64,000 bases of DNA from Podospora anserina. Taxonomy: Eukaryota. Both the position numbers and the translations under genes were made by a program. The stretch is taken from assembly GCA_017654855.1 (NCBI GenBank), contig CM030336.1, positions 3,038,001 to 3,102,000 on the forward strand, read 5' to 3'. Of this stretch, positions 25,215 through 36,930 are shown piece after piece. How positions within the stretch are numbered: the stretch's first letter is position 1; every line of letters starts with the position of its first letter. The notes beneath the pieces are model-generated. The model was given only the letters and a program-made list of their open reading frames with translations. It was not told the DNA's origin and did no database searches.

Positions 25215-26640
25215 GGGAGTGTTACGCCATGGCGTTTGCCGACGACCACACCATCATCATCATCATCTCTCCCGACTGGCGGACCAACCTCAAGATCATC
25301 ACCATCTCGCACAACGCCATGAAGAAACGGGCTGACGAGAACGGTGTCACATTCGCCCCGGCCAAGTACGCCATGATGCACTTCCGGCAAACTCGAGACG
25401 ACAACCCGCCCCCCCAAGGACCTTCCGAAGAATGTCGGCATGTCGGCCGGCCAGTGCGTGCGCAAGCTGCAAGTCCCGGGTGTGATTTTCAACAATCATC
25501 TCAGCTGGATTGATCATGCCAGACATGTGAGTGGTGCACCCCGGATCTCTTTCCATGTTTTGCTCTTGCTGACCATGCCTTGGTTGCCGCAGCTTCGAGT
25601 CAAGGTTCTCAAAACCGAGCAGTACATGCGGCGAATCTCCAGCTCCATCAGAGGACCCCCGACGTGGCAGATGCGAAGTCTCTTCTGCTCCAATGTTCGA
25701 CCCGTGCTTTTCTACGCCAGCGCCGCGTGGTACCTGCCCGACAACAAGCGACAGCTGGAACACGGCCTTGAAGATGCTCGAAGCGGCTCAGAGGAAATGT
25801 CTGGTGGTTATCTCGGGCGCCGTCAAATATCCGCCCTCAGAATTGCTCCTGCACGAGTTGCAGCATTGGGACTGTCGACCGTCTCTTATGGTGGCCAATC
25901 CACAGTCCACCGTGCTCGTCATGATCAGCTTTCTGACCACTACAAGAATCTCCGCGCCATCGGTGACAGACTAATCAAGGTGTTTGGAAACAGGAAGTAT
26001 CGTCTCATCGCCTCGCAATATCCCATCATCAAGGCCTACGCACACGCTGCGCGCTACCACCCAAGACTACTGAGATGGAGCTTGAGCAGGCCTCCAACTG
26101 TCCCAAACGGCACCACCCGAAACACACTCTCGCCTCTCAGCTACCGACCCAGGGCCGAAGTACGCCAAGGACATCAATCCGAATCCCGTCAAAGGTAGGA
26201 GGTCAGAGCGCGTCTTCACCGTCGACGCTTGCTTGCTCGGCAATCATCGACACCCGATCAGTGTGTTCCGTTTCTCCCCCCCCTGCACCGCACACTCTCG
26301 GTACTAATAGATATGTCGCAGGCCTTTCGAAGGCTGGGGCAATACGACTTTTTGATTGCGTGGGCCGTTCGGCTTCCGCGGTACGATGGGAACAAACGCA
26401 GTTTTCGATGCGGCATGGTGTTTGGTGCGCCGGAACTTGACTTTGCGGCCGGTGGTGAGGTAAGTCCTCCTCTGATGTTGGTGACCTCTCCAGTTGGGTC
26501 TTGCTGCTAACCTGATGAAGCTTTCTTCCATGCTTTGATGGGGAGCGACATCGTGTCTGTGTGGTGTAAGTGTTGCCCTTTTGTCCATCAATCCCACGTG
26601 GTGTTTGCTCTTCTCTAACCAGCGTCACAGGTCCCTTTGA
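25215..26640 (+). mobile_element. 5'-truncated, frameshifted non-LTR (LINE/Tad-like) reverse transcriptase relic carrying spliceosomal intron signatures
   Basis: FADD at 25235-25246; GVTFAPAKYAMMHF; PGVIFNNHLSWIDH; RRIS..RGP...MRSLF..NVRPVLFYASAAW; LEAAQRKCLVVISGA..PSELLLHEL. At least two frameshifts. Introns 25527-25592, 26460-26520, 26566-26630. Confidence 0.85.
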
Positions 26641-26689
26641 TGCTGATCTGGCAGCTCGTTGTGTTGGTTGGGTTTTTTGTGGAACGGAA

Positions 26690-26930
26690 AAATGGTTGTT
26701 TTTTATATATTTTTTATACCTCTCTTTTTTTAAAAAAAATTTTTTACTGTTTTAATTTTTTTTTCCTTTTTTTATTTCTTTCATTTCTTTTTTCATTTTT
26801 TTTTTTATTTTTTTTTTTTTTATCTTTTTAAAAAAAATTTAAATTTTTCTTTTTAATTTTTTTTTTAAATTCTTTTTTTAATTTTTTTTTCTATTTTTTT
26901 CTTATTTTTTTTCTATTTTTTTTTTCGAAA
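26690..26930. repeat. ~240-bp T-rich low-complexity tract
   Basis: Runs of T with interspersed A/C and almost no G. Confidence 0.9.
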
Positions 26931-27329
26931 TTATTCATCATATTACGCGCCCTTCGCAGCGTAACCTACCTTGGCCTCAACAGCCCAGCGTCCCCGGGTG
27001 CTTGTGTTTCTTGAAAGTGTCAACATTCTCAAAAAGGAAGCTCGCTTCAGCTAGGCTTAGTCAATCGAACACTGTCAGTCACGGGTGACTGTTTCATTTT
27101 TTTAATTTTTTTTATTTTACACTGATAGTTCTTGCTCGCAATCGCGTGACCTCGGGTGTGACCGATCAGCGGCTTTCCATGTAGAAAGAATAGGCAGTGT
27201 GATTGATGCTAGTCTGCCCTCGCCACGTTTGGGATAGATGATGTGGCCGACGCGGCATGTGGATGAAGACACAGATAATAAGGAGGGAGGTGTCAATTGT
27301 CAAGGCGCCTTTCGCTTCGCAGGTCCACC

Positions 27330-28108
27330 GTCAGGCCACCTCTGGACTAGACGGATTCTCCGCTGCTAACAAGGACAACAGGAGCTCGGCCATGAGGATG
27401 TCAACAACAAAATTATGGGGATGGCGCTGCTTGAAAGAACATGGGAACTCTGGGTTGTCCCAGTGGGGCCGCGTGCATTGCTTCAGTCGGGGATCGATGG
27501 CAGCAAGGAGCGCTACTTCTTTTCTCGTCTTGCGCCAGTCGGAGGGAGCCTGGGGACACACCAAGCCATCGGCACACAAGACAGCCAACGGCGAGCACTC
27601 AATAGATGATACACACGCACCTCGTTCAAAACATTTTGCACACCACCGTCGCGCCAAAAAGGCGGGTCGTCATCGCCCTGCTCCCGCTCGCCCCATAACC
27701 ACCATCGAAGAGAGGATAGAAGTCAGGATAGTCCTCGCGGATCTTATCTATCATTTCGGGGCTCATTTTGCTCGCGGTGCGATTGATCAACTCCTGGTTC
27801 TGCTCGCGCAGATAGCGGAGGAGGTACTCGAAGCGACAGAGGCTGGTGCGCATAGACTCGGTTGAGGCGGGACGAAAGGTGACGGTGTTGACGCGGAGCG
27901 CGAGGCCGGACATCTCAGCGGCGACGAGGCGGCAGGTGTACGCGAGGCTCAGCTCGATCGGCCGGCCGTCCGAGACTCGCAGCTTGTTGCGGTCGAAGCT
28001 GTAGACGTAGCCATCGTCGACGAGGAGGTAGGCTCGGTAGATGGTGTCTCGAATCTCGGGAGGGGTGGGGGGGGGGAGAAGCCGCAGCAGGGGAAAGTGC
28101 GATGCCAT
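27330..28108 (-). pseudogene. Truncated/frameshifted member of a fungal F-box-like hypothetical family
   Basis: MASHFPLLRLL..PEIRDTIYRAYL..DGYVYSFDRNKL..DGRPIELSLAYTCRLVAAEMSGLALRVNTVTF. The frame loses protein-like character near 27700, and a second frame continues to 27331. Confidence 0.55.
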
Positions 28109-28351
28109 GGTGTGTGAAGGAAGGGAAGGACACAGAGGGGGGGTTTTTGTGGTGCAGAAATTCTTTAAGGTTTTCGCTGCTCCAATGCTCTCCCCCCCCC
28201 AGTGCCCCCACCACCCCCACCGCCCCACCAAGTCGGGGTGCCCCGTGGGGAACTCCGGCCTTTCTAGTATATGGACCCCCGCCTATACCTACCTCTCTCC
28301 TCTACTTTTTACCCACGCTTACCTACCACCACCTAGGCCAACCAAACGCAA

Positions 28352-28950
28352 ATGGTGCTCATCAACATCGCATACACGGCTCCGATCAACCGGCCAGGCC
28401 AGCATCCCGTCCTCACAACCCCGCAAGTCTGGGCCGGCCTGGTGCGCAAAGTCCGCCATGCCCAAGAATTCGTGCCCGTGATCGAGTCCTGCGCCGTAGC
28501 CTCCGAGGAGACCAACGCCGCCGGCCAGCTCGTCGTCACCCGCCATGTCAACTTTGGCCAGGCCGCCCCCGTGCCCGGGAGCGGAGGGGAGGGAGGGGAG
28601 GTCGAGGAGGTCTGCACCTTGTTCCCGCCGCACAGGGTCGACTTTGTGCAGGACGACGGCACCAGGGTGTGGAACCACGTCAGCCAGGGTCCCGGCAAGG
28701 ACGGGGAGGACCTGTACCTGACCTATGTCTTCGAGGCGAGGGACGACGCGGTCGAGGACGGCTCCCCGGACGCGGCAGCTCTCGAGGAGAGGTTCAAGAC
28801 GGTGCGTGCCCAGCCTGACTGACCACGGCAGCGAAAGACGGTGCTGATGACATGGGATGAGTGCAAAAGACCGCCAAGAGGGCCGTAGAAAGTTCCATCG
28901 AGACCATCAGACGGCTGGTCAGCGAGGGGAAACTCCAAAGTATCACCTAG
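28352..28950 (+). CDS. DUF1857/AtaL-like (SRPBCC/Bet v1 fold) protein
   Basis: IAYTAPIN..PVLTTPQVWAGLVRKVRHAQEFVPVIESC; P.RVDF; NHVSQG..DLYLTYVFE. Intron from 28802, then TAKRAVESSIETIRRLVSEGKL. Confidence 0.88.
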
Positions 28951-29148
28951 TGTATCGTGTAAAATCTCCTGAAATTGGCAACAAAATAGCTTCACTATGC
29001 ACAACCCGCTTGCTCTGCCTGCCTTGCTTGGTCTATGATATGATCTACACGCCTCGTGAGGGCATCCCAGGGTATCCGTATTCCGTAAAAAAATAAAAAC
29101 AGCAACATCTGTCATCAATCATGTCACATTCACATCGCCCCCCCGACT

Positions 29149-30754
29149 CTACTCCTTCTTCTCCCCGCCCTCGGCCTTGACAATTTCCCGCTGAGGCGGC
29201 GTGGTGGAGTGCCGGGAAGCACCCTCGGAAATCATGCACCCATGGCCCAGGCCGTCCTCAAAGTCCAGGTCCTCGAGGTAGTTCAGGTCCAGGCCGCGAA
29301 CCTCCTGCTCCTCGGTGGCGCGGATGTGGAGACCGGGAATCTTGTTGATGACAAACAGCAAGAGGCACGAGACGAAGAACGACCAGGCGGCGCAGGTGGT
29401 GGCACCGGCCAGTTGGAGACCCATCTGGCGGAAGTTGCGGTTCCACCAGCCACCTTCGTACGAGGCGCCCGACACGCCGTCGAGGGCGGGCACGAAGCTG
29501 GCCGCGAAGAAGCCGGTGAGGATGTCGCCGACGACACCGCCGATGCCGTGGATGGCAAAGATGTCGAGGCCGTCGTCGACCGAGAGGATGTACTTGTACT
29601 TGACGACGTAAAAGGAGCAGACCGAGGTGATGGCACCCACGAGGCAGGCCACGTACACGGGAACTGTTTCGGTCCCCTGTCAGCATTCCGCACACGGAGA
29701 AAGAGGGCCAAGAAGAGACGTACCAAATCCGGCAGCAGGCGTGATGCCGACCAGGCCCGCGATGATGCCCGAGCAGAAGCCCGTCAGGCTGAACTTCTTC
29801 TTGTACAGGTACTCAAGAATGACCCACGTGATGCCGCCACCGCACGCGGCCAGGTTCGTGTTCACCACGACGTAAATGGACCGCAGGCTCAGGTTGGCGG
29901 TGCTGGCGCCGTTGAAGGCGAACCAGCCGAACCAGATGAAGACGGTGCCGATGCACATGAGGAGCGGGCTGTGGGGCTTGTAGTGGGCAAGCTTGGACTT
30001 GCGGTCGCTGACGGTGGGGGCGACACCATGCTCGTTCAGACGGGGGCCCAGCATCATGGACCAGGCCAGGGCGCCGAAGCCGCTCGCAATGTGGACAGGG
30101 CCCGAACCGGCAAAGTCGTAGAGGCCCAAATTATACAACCAACCGGAAGGGTTCCACTCCCAGTATGCGAGGCTGTCGGGGTCGTTAGCAGACCGTCCGG
30201 CTGGGCTGGCTGTGTCAAAGAGGAGAGGACCAAACTCACAAGTAGTATACAAACGTCGTCCAGCAGAGCAGGAAGACCATGCTGGGAAAGAGGCGGCCGC
30301 GCTCCAGCATGGCTCCGGCCAAGATCATGGCGGTGGCGCTGACAAAGGTGAAGCCAAAGGCAGCATACAAGATGTCGGGGATGTCGCTGTTGGCAAGGCT
30401 GGGCTGGGCAAGGACATTTTTGAAGACGGCCAGGCTGAGATCACCGAGGATCGGGTTGGTGGTTCGGGACTGGTACAGGCTGTAGCCGTAGATCCAGTAC
30501 TGGATGCCGCAGGCGCAGGCACAGAACAGGGACTGCAGCACCATGGTCAGAGCCGCCTTGCGGCGGTGCATGCCCGCATAGAGGAAGCCGATGGCGGGCG
30601 TGATTTGCCAGCACAGGATGGTGCAGACAAGCAGCCAGGCCAGGTCGCCCTTGTCGTAGGGCGCGTTGAGATCCTGGGTGAGCGGGTCACCGCCGTCGGG
30701 GTTGGAGGACCATTCCGGCCACTCTGTAACGGGGACGATCTCTGGTTCGGCCAT
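29149..30754 (-). CDS. Ammonium transporter (Amt/Mep family)
   Basis: GAMLERGR, DFAGSGPVH, WFGWFAFNG, GIIAGLVGITPAAGF, DDGLDIFAIHGIGG (twin His retained), EQEVRGLD. Two introns (~30174-30239, ~29664-29723). Confidence 0.96.
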
Positions 30755-30888
30755 GAGCGACGGGAGCACGGGAAGTGGTGAGTGAGGGGTGTGGGTGGCG
30801 GGAGAGATTGGAGGGCAAGACTCCTGGACGATGGGGAGGTGACGTCGCCAGTATTTGTACGCAACGGCCGTCCCCGTCCAGTACGGTA

Positions 30889-31196
30889 TTATCAGCGACC
30901 GGGGCCATTTCCCGGCCCAGGGGTCTCTGTCTCTCTCTCTCTGTGTGTGTGTGTGTCTGGGCGAGATAAGAGAATGGTTTGTCTACCTATGGGAAAGATG
31001 CGATGCTGCTGATAAGAGCTGGCTTGGCCTGCCACCCTGCCTGGTGAGAGGGCTTATCAGTCTCCACAAGCCGCTGCCAAGGCCGTTGGCTGCTGTGATA
31101 TTGCATGCGAGGTCGACGGCCGATCCGTGGGCTTGGGTTTTCTCGCAGACCGCATTCCATTACTGAAACGGGTTGGAATAACCCATGTGTTTATCA
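30889..31196. promoter_or_regulatory. Cluster of five HGATAA sites upstream of the ammonium transporter (AreA/NIT2-type nitrogen regulation)
   Basis: TTATCA 30889, AGATAA 30964, TGATAA 31010, TTATCA 31054, TTATCA 31191. Confidence 0.7.
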
Positions 31197-31486
31197 GGAT
31201 TGTAGATACCTAGCTTCAGGCCATTGGAAAGCTTGAGGATAGCAATGGTAGGTGATCCCAGTCTCGGTAGGTACTCGGTAGAAGAAGACACCTGGTACCA
31301 GGTAGCAGGTAAGGTATCGCAGTCGATGAGGTGTCGGGACGGGCCTGGACAGGCAGGCGGGGTCGGGTGGGGTGGGGATCCAAACGTGGGGGGTGGTTTC
31401 GGTGGGAGCCCGCATCCTCGGGGTTCCGTCCAGGCACCCGGCATGGCCAGCTCAGTATAGCTGCAAAATCAACCCCTCCGCCGTCC

Positions 31487-32905
31487 ATGGTGCATCTTCT
31501 GGACTTGCCCGATGAACTTCTCATCCAAATCTGCGGTGCTTTCCCACAGGCCGACATCTCAGACATCAAGAGCTGCCGTCTGAGTTGCCAGCGACTCTGC
31601 GCCGCAAGCTCCCATCTCTTGGTGCCCCTCGTGGCCGTCGACTGCCGCAAAGCCTCGCTCGAACGCTTCACCAAGATCCTACACCACCCCACCATCTCCC
31701 GCGGCGTTCGCATTGTTCGTGTTCCCATACATTCCTATCGCCATGAGCTGAGCGACCTCTGTGCCAGCTTTGTTAAGTTTGTGGTCGAACCAGCTCTCCA
31801 CGCCCGTGCCGCCCACGACCATCATCGCAGAGCCGCCCTTTGTTTCTTCCGCCGATATCTGGACGGACACGGCGATGGCAACCCCCTGGAGCACGACGAC
31901 AGTCTGTGGCTGCGGGCCCTGCGTCTCGTCCATGGGGAGTACCAAAGGCTCTACAGGGAACAAGAAGCGCTGCGAAGCGAGGGAACCTTTGTCGACACGG
32001 TTGCCTCGGCCGTGGCCACCATGCCCCGCGGAACTGTCTTGATATACGATGACAAGCCGTGCAGCACCCTGGACGCAGCCAGCCTCCAAGTCTTGGTCCG
32101 AGAACATTGTCGCCTGCTAGGCCTTGATCCATCTGCCTGGCGCCCCATCTGGTACGAGATGTTGTCTCCTACAACCTGGACCGACTTGGTCAGAGACGAC
32201 TTTGGCTGGGAGGCCTTTGCTCCGGATCCCGCCTTCCAAGAGCCGCAGATGGATTTTATACTCGAACTTCCAGGCGCCATTGCAAGGGCTGGAGGCCAGG
32301 TCCATGACATGAGGTTTGATCTGTCTTGCGAGACACCTCTGCGTCACCTCGGGTCAGGTGTAGCAACTCGGTCCCATCTTGCCTCTGCGACGCAACAACT
32401 ACAGGCCTTTACCCTCATCTCTCACCAGCCACAAACGGAGACGCTATCTCACGACTATGCAAGCTCGGTGCTGGCCAGAACACCCAATCTTGGTTTTCTT
32501 CGACTCGACATTGCCTCTCCCGGTTCGCATCCTGACATCCTAGTTTCCCGGCTATGGCCTCGTCTCCAGAACATACACCTCGCCGGAGTCCAGCTTACGC
32601 TGCCGGACTTGGTGACCTTCCTAGATGGATTACCGGCTTATGTCAAGAACATGCGTCTGAGCTCGGTTCACCTGATGCAAGGCTCGTGGGCAGACGCCTT
32701 GGAAGCCTTGCGGCAGAAATCCTACGGCTCATTTACCGTCGAAGATCCAAGGGGGTCTGAGGCGGAACACGTGGGTGTCGCCTTCGAAACAGGTGGGAAT
32801 GGTCCAGGGGACCGGTTTGTGAAACGTGTGAGGGTGCCAGGTGGTCTCAGTCCAGCAGAGGCATTCGTCCGCAGGGTCACAGACACCAATCCGTGCCAGA
32901 GCTGA
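31487..32905 (+). CDS. F-box-like protein with degenerate LRR-like C-terminus
   Basis: MVHLLDLPDELLIQIC...DIKSCRLSCQRL...SSHLL; later WPRLQNIHLAGV...LSSVHLMQGSWADALEALR. Intronless, 472 aa. Confidence 0.8.
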   Translation: MVHLLDLPDELLIQICGAFPQADISDIKSCRLSCQRLCAASSHLLVPLVAVDCRKASLERFTKILHHPTISRGVRIVRVPIHSYRHELSDLCASFVKFVVEPALHARAAHDHHRRAALCFFRRYLDGHGDGNPLEHDDSLWLRALRLVHGEYQRLYREQEALRSEGTFVDTVASAVATMPRGTVLIYDDKPCSTLDAASLQVLVREHCRLLGLDPSAWRPIWYEMLSPTTWTDLVRDDFGWEAFAPDPAFQEPQMDFILELPGAIARAGGQVHDMRFDLSCETPLRHLGSGVATRSHLASATQQLQAFTLISHQPQTETLSHDYASSVLARTPNLGFLRLDIASPGSHPDILVSRLWPRLQNIHLAGVQLTLPDLVTFLDGLPAYVKNMRLSSVHLMQGSWADALEALRQKSYGSFTVEDPRGSEAEHVGVAFETGGNGPGDRFVKRVRVPGGLSPAEAFVRRVTDTNPCQS

Positions 32906-33616
32906 GGGATGCTTCGGCAGTTCATGCTAGAGCAGCTACTGCCAGACTAAAACAGGCCAGCTCGGGGCTCAGATATGGATCGCGATCCATCGAGTTCTCC
33001 TCGCCCAACGCCTCATTGTACAGAATAGACGACTGTCGACTTGGTCGTCGATCACGCCTGTGGAGGTTGTGGGGATCCTGATGCCTCTTGGATTCTTGGG
33101 GTTCCTCCCCCGCAATCTTGGCGCCAGTCAAGGACCCCCGACTTTGGCAAGCGTCCTGGCCAAGATGTGCTTGTTCCATTAATCAGTTAGCATGGAGGAA
33201 ACTGGTGCCACGATGAGGGAGGGTGTCGACTTACCCAAAGGCTGTGGCAAACTACCGATGCTGCTAGATCCGGACGCTGTTTAAGGTCACAGGACCAGGC
33301 TCTCCGACTTCTCCAACCGCCAGTCCCCCGTCTGGATGCGACAAGCAACGGCGTTTCTCCGCACGAACCACACCTTTACCCCAATATATCCCCATGGGGA
33401 CGGGGCTATCATGCTCCCCGGATGCTGCCCTTGTGTGTGGTTGACAGGGGGGGAATGAGCCAGCAATGAGAAATCTATGGTCCCCAGTGGGGTCTCTTGA
33501 TGAATGTGTGGTTATAATTCATGGCGCCTCCCGCCCTAGCTACCGTACTCTGCCTCTTTTCCCCTCTGTTGTTGACTGCGATAGCAAGCGCGAGGTAAAA
33601 GCGACCGAACCTCACC

Positions 33617-35519
33617 ATGGGTGCTCCAGAACCAGTCACCGCCCACAGCGGCGGGCGACGTCTAGTACACAGGTAGGTATACGACATACATCTCATCCAG
33701 AACCCGCCGTGCTTCTTCAACTGACCCCTTCCCCCCGTTTCAGCCACGCCAAAGAATGCGACATCCCCGGCACCGTCGACCTCTCCGTCCGCGAAGGGGA
33801 CGACACAGCCTACGGGCAAGCGCTGTACCCGGTCCCGGCCGAGGACCCCAATGATCCCCTCCAGGTGCGTCTTTGCCTTGCCTCCCTTTTGGTCTTGTTG
33901 CTCACCCGAGCCGCTGACCATGCGCCGTCATCAACAGTGGTCGCCCATCCGCAAAACCCTCATCCTTGTCGTCTGCTCTCTCTACTCATTTCTGAGCAAC
34001 TCGGCCCTGCTGGGTCCGTCGGTGTACATTGGCATTTTCGCCGCCGAGTTCAACACATCCTTCACCGACGCCAGCAATCTCATCAGCTATGCCAACCTGG
34101 CGTTCGGGTTTGGCAGCTTGCTCCTCGTGCCGAGCTACCACAAGTTCGGCAGGAGGCCGGTGATGCTGGGCAGTCTGATTCTCTACTGCGGAGGCCTGCT
34201 TGCTTGTTCTCAAGTCCAGACCTACTCGGGCTTAATGGCTGCCAGAGTGGTGCACTGCTTTGGCGCGAGTGTCTGCGAGGCGTTGCCGGTGCAGCTGGTG
34301 AATGACATCTTCTTCCTGCACGAGAGAGGGAAGAGGTTGGGTTATTACACCGGTGGGTGCCTCCATGCCGACGAGTTGATCTGGTCAGAGTGCTGACGTC
34401 AAACCCTAGTTTGCCTTTGCTTCGGAGCCACTGGGCCCCTTTTTGCCGGATACATGCTCAACGGCGGACACTCGTGGAGGTTATTCTTCTGGGTCGAGTT
34501 TGCATTCGGCGCGGCCCTCTTTATCCTGGCCTTTTTCGTGGTAGAGGAGACTCTGTACCACAGAAAGCCTCCGGTCGGCTCCTCGTCCCCGGAAAGGCAG
34601 AGCTTGGAGGGCGGGGAAGAAAAGCCCACTGCGGTAGAAAGCACCACGCCAGAGACCGGAGCAGCCATTCCACCCAGAAAGACGTTTGTCCAAAGCCTCA
34701 AGTTCTGGGGTGTCTACGAGAAAGACGCCGACTTCTTGCTGATGATCGCTCGGTCCTTCACCTACTTTCTAGTCCCGCACGTTCTGTGGGTCATCACCAC
34801 ATATGGTACGCAACATTCTAACAGCTCTGGTCGTCAACCGCTGACATAGCTTTCTTTGCTCGGCGGCAGGCATCTACATTGGCCTGGGCGCCCTCACCTT
34901 CAACTACATCTTCCCCCTCAAGATCACGGCACCGCCCTACAACTGGTCCCAGCTCGACTCGGGCCTCATCGCCGTGGCGTCGTTCCTGGGCTACCTCCTG
35001 GCCATCCCGTTCACGCCGTCGTCGGACCGGCTCGCGGCCCGCCTCACGCGCAAAAACAAGGGCATCCGCGAGGCCGAGATGCGTCTGGGCGTCATGCTCC
35101 CCGTCATGCTCCTGGCCCCTGCCGGGCTCATCGTCTTTGGCTTCGCGGCCGAGAGGGACCTCCACTGGGTGGCCTACTTTGCCGGCGTCGTCATGTGCAA
35201 CTTTTGCAGCTACTTCTACTTCACCTTCACGCTGGCCTACGCCATTGACAGCTACACGAGCAACATTAGCGAGATGCTCATCGCCATGAACTTGGGCAAG
35301 CAGGCCATCAGCTTCGGCATGGGGCTGGACCTGCTGGACTGGGTGACGCAGCACGGGTACGCCGTCATGATTGCCGGGGTGTTTGGGGCCATTCTGTTGG
35401 CGAACAACCTGGCGCTGCTGGTGTTTATGCTGTACGGCAAAAGGATCCGGGCGTTCATGAGCACGACCTGGCTGGCGAGGGTGCACAGGGAGAGTGTGAG
35501 GGAGGTTGCGACCCATTGA
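33617..35519 (+). CDS. MFS transporter (HOL1-like)
   Basis: LYPVPAEDPNDPLQ|WS..RK; KFGRRPV; CEALPVQLVNDIFFLHERG; SWR..FW; VEETLY; EAEMRL; AYAIDSY. About 4 introns. Confidence 0.92.
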
Positions 35520-35821
35520 GGGGGATGTTTGAAGCCATGAGCAAGAGCCAAACGCCAGACAGTATCCCCAAGGCAGAATATTCTCCTGAATTTCCTTTCC
35601 ACATCCAGCCGCCCATCCATCTAGATAAAGTCGAGTATCATAACCCCTGAACCCCTTTACCCTTTTTCCAAACTCCTTCATCAAAAAGAACAAGAAAATA
35701 AGAAAAAAGAGACAACCAGCTCCGAAATTTCTTGTCATCTATCATTGCTGCCGCTGTCCAGACGTCGACGCAACCCACACCCAACACCCCTTCTCATAAT
35801 ACTCAAATAAAGTACCTCGCC

Positions 35822-36522
35822 CTACGCCCCGTCATGTACCGCTCCCCTCGCCCCCGGACCCCTCAGCGGATCCTCCACCTGCGACCCCCACTCACCATCT
35901 AACATGAACGCGTCAGTCAAGATCGCCTTTATTTTGTCGCGAAAAAAAGAAAAAGAAAAAAAAGAAAAAGAAAAAAAGAAAAAGAAAAAAAGAAAAAGAA
36001 AAAAAAGAAAAAGAAAAAGAAGAAAATCAACTCACATGTGTACTCCCTCTGGTAGTAGTCGACGTACTCGTCGTTGCCGCCGTCGTCGTCGTCGGCTTCG
36101 TCGTCTTCGTTCCTCCCCTCCCAAACCGAAACCCTCTTTGCGCGCCCTCCTTGCGGCCCCGGAGCCTTCCCCCTCCGCCTCCTGTGGACGTGACGCTTCT
36201 GTTGCGCTCTTGCGCTCTCGGTTATCATATTGATCAGCCAGCCGAACGGCTCCCACAGGAGCTCGAAGGGGAGGGTGAGGAGGCGGGCGAGGTGGCGGGA
36301 GAGGCTGGTGATGTTTTCGACGAGGAAGAGGACGAGCCACAGGGCGTAGGGGACGAGGAGGAGGACGAGGAGGAGGAGGATGAGGGGGGTGAGGAGGGGG
36401 CTGGTGAGGAAGAGGATGGAGGAGGTGAGGGTGAGGATTATTTTGAGGGGGAGGAGGAGGATGGAGAGGAATAGGGAGACGAGGGGTCGGGATTCGATGT
36501 GGATGAAGTCGAGGCAGATCAT
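35822..36522 (-). CDS. Hypothetical small membrane protein with Leu-rich hydrophobic N-half
   Basis: MICLDFIHIESRPLVSLFLSILLLPLK..., basic then acidic tail. GTGAGT intron filled with (TTTTTC)n, branch ACTGAC and TAG acceptor ~35900, giving YGEWGSQVEDPLRGPGARGAVHDGA*. Start uncertain. Confidence 0.5.
35941..36027. repeat. (GAAAAA)n-type poly-purine tract within an intron
   Basis: Read directly; a similar T-rich tract lies at 36528-36561. Confidence 0.9.
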
Positions 36523-36930
36523 ATCTATTTTTTTTCTTTTTTTTTTTCCTTTTTTTTTTTTGGTATGAATGCTGGTTCGGTTATGTGTTGGATGGTGTTG
36601 TTTGATGTTTTGAGACAGCACTTGGAATTTTACATGCGAGGTTGGTAAGGTAGGATAGGTTAGGTAGGGAAATAGGGAGGAGTGTGCTGCATATTTGGAA
36701 GGAGACGAGATTGGGATGGATGGCTTTGTCGCTTCTTTGTGCGGGCTGCAACATCTACAGCCCAGCCTTTTTGAGAAGAAGCCTCCTCGAAGGTCAACTC
36801 CCGCAATCCTTTGTTATCGGCTCCCTCCTCTCCCGCCGGGACCTGTCGCACTGGTGTGCCCGCTTTCCATCAGCGCCATGATCTCGTCCTCGGCATCTGG
36901 CTCCCGCTCGGCGGTGGGATCACCGTAGTG

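Noticed and set aside
27078-27093. Hairpin CAGTCAC-GG-GTGACTG as a Helitron 3' end or terminator
   Set aside because: No CTRR end at the expected distance and no other Helitron evidence; short enough to occur by chance.
29209-30342. 377-aa plus-strand ORF
   Set aside because: Antisense to the ammonium transporter; a GC3-bias artefact.
35904-36233. Lys/Arg-rich protamine-like ORF
   Set aside because: Translation of an A-rich intronic tract, antisense to a more credible gene.
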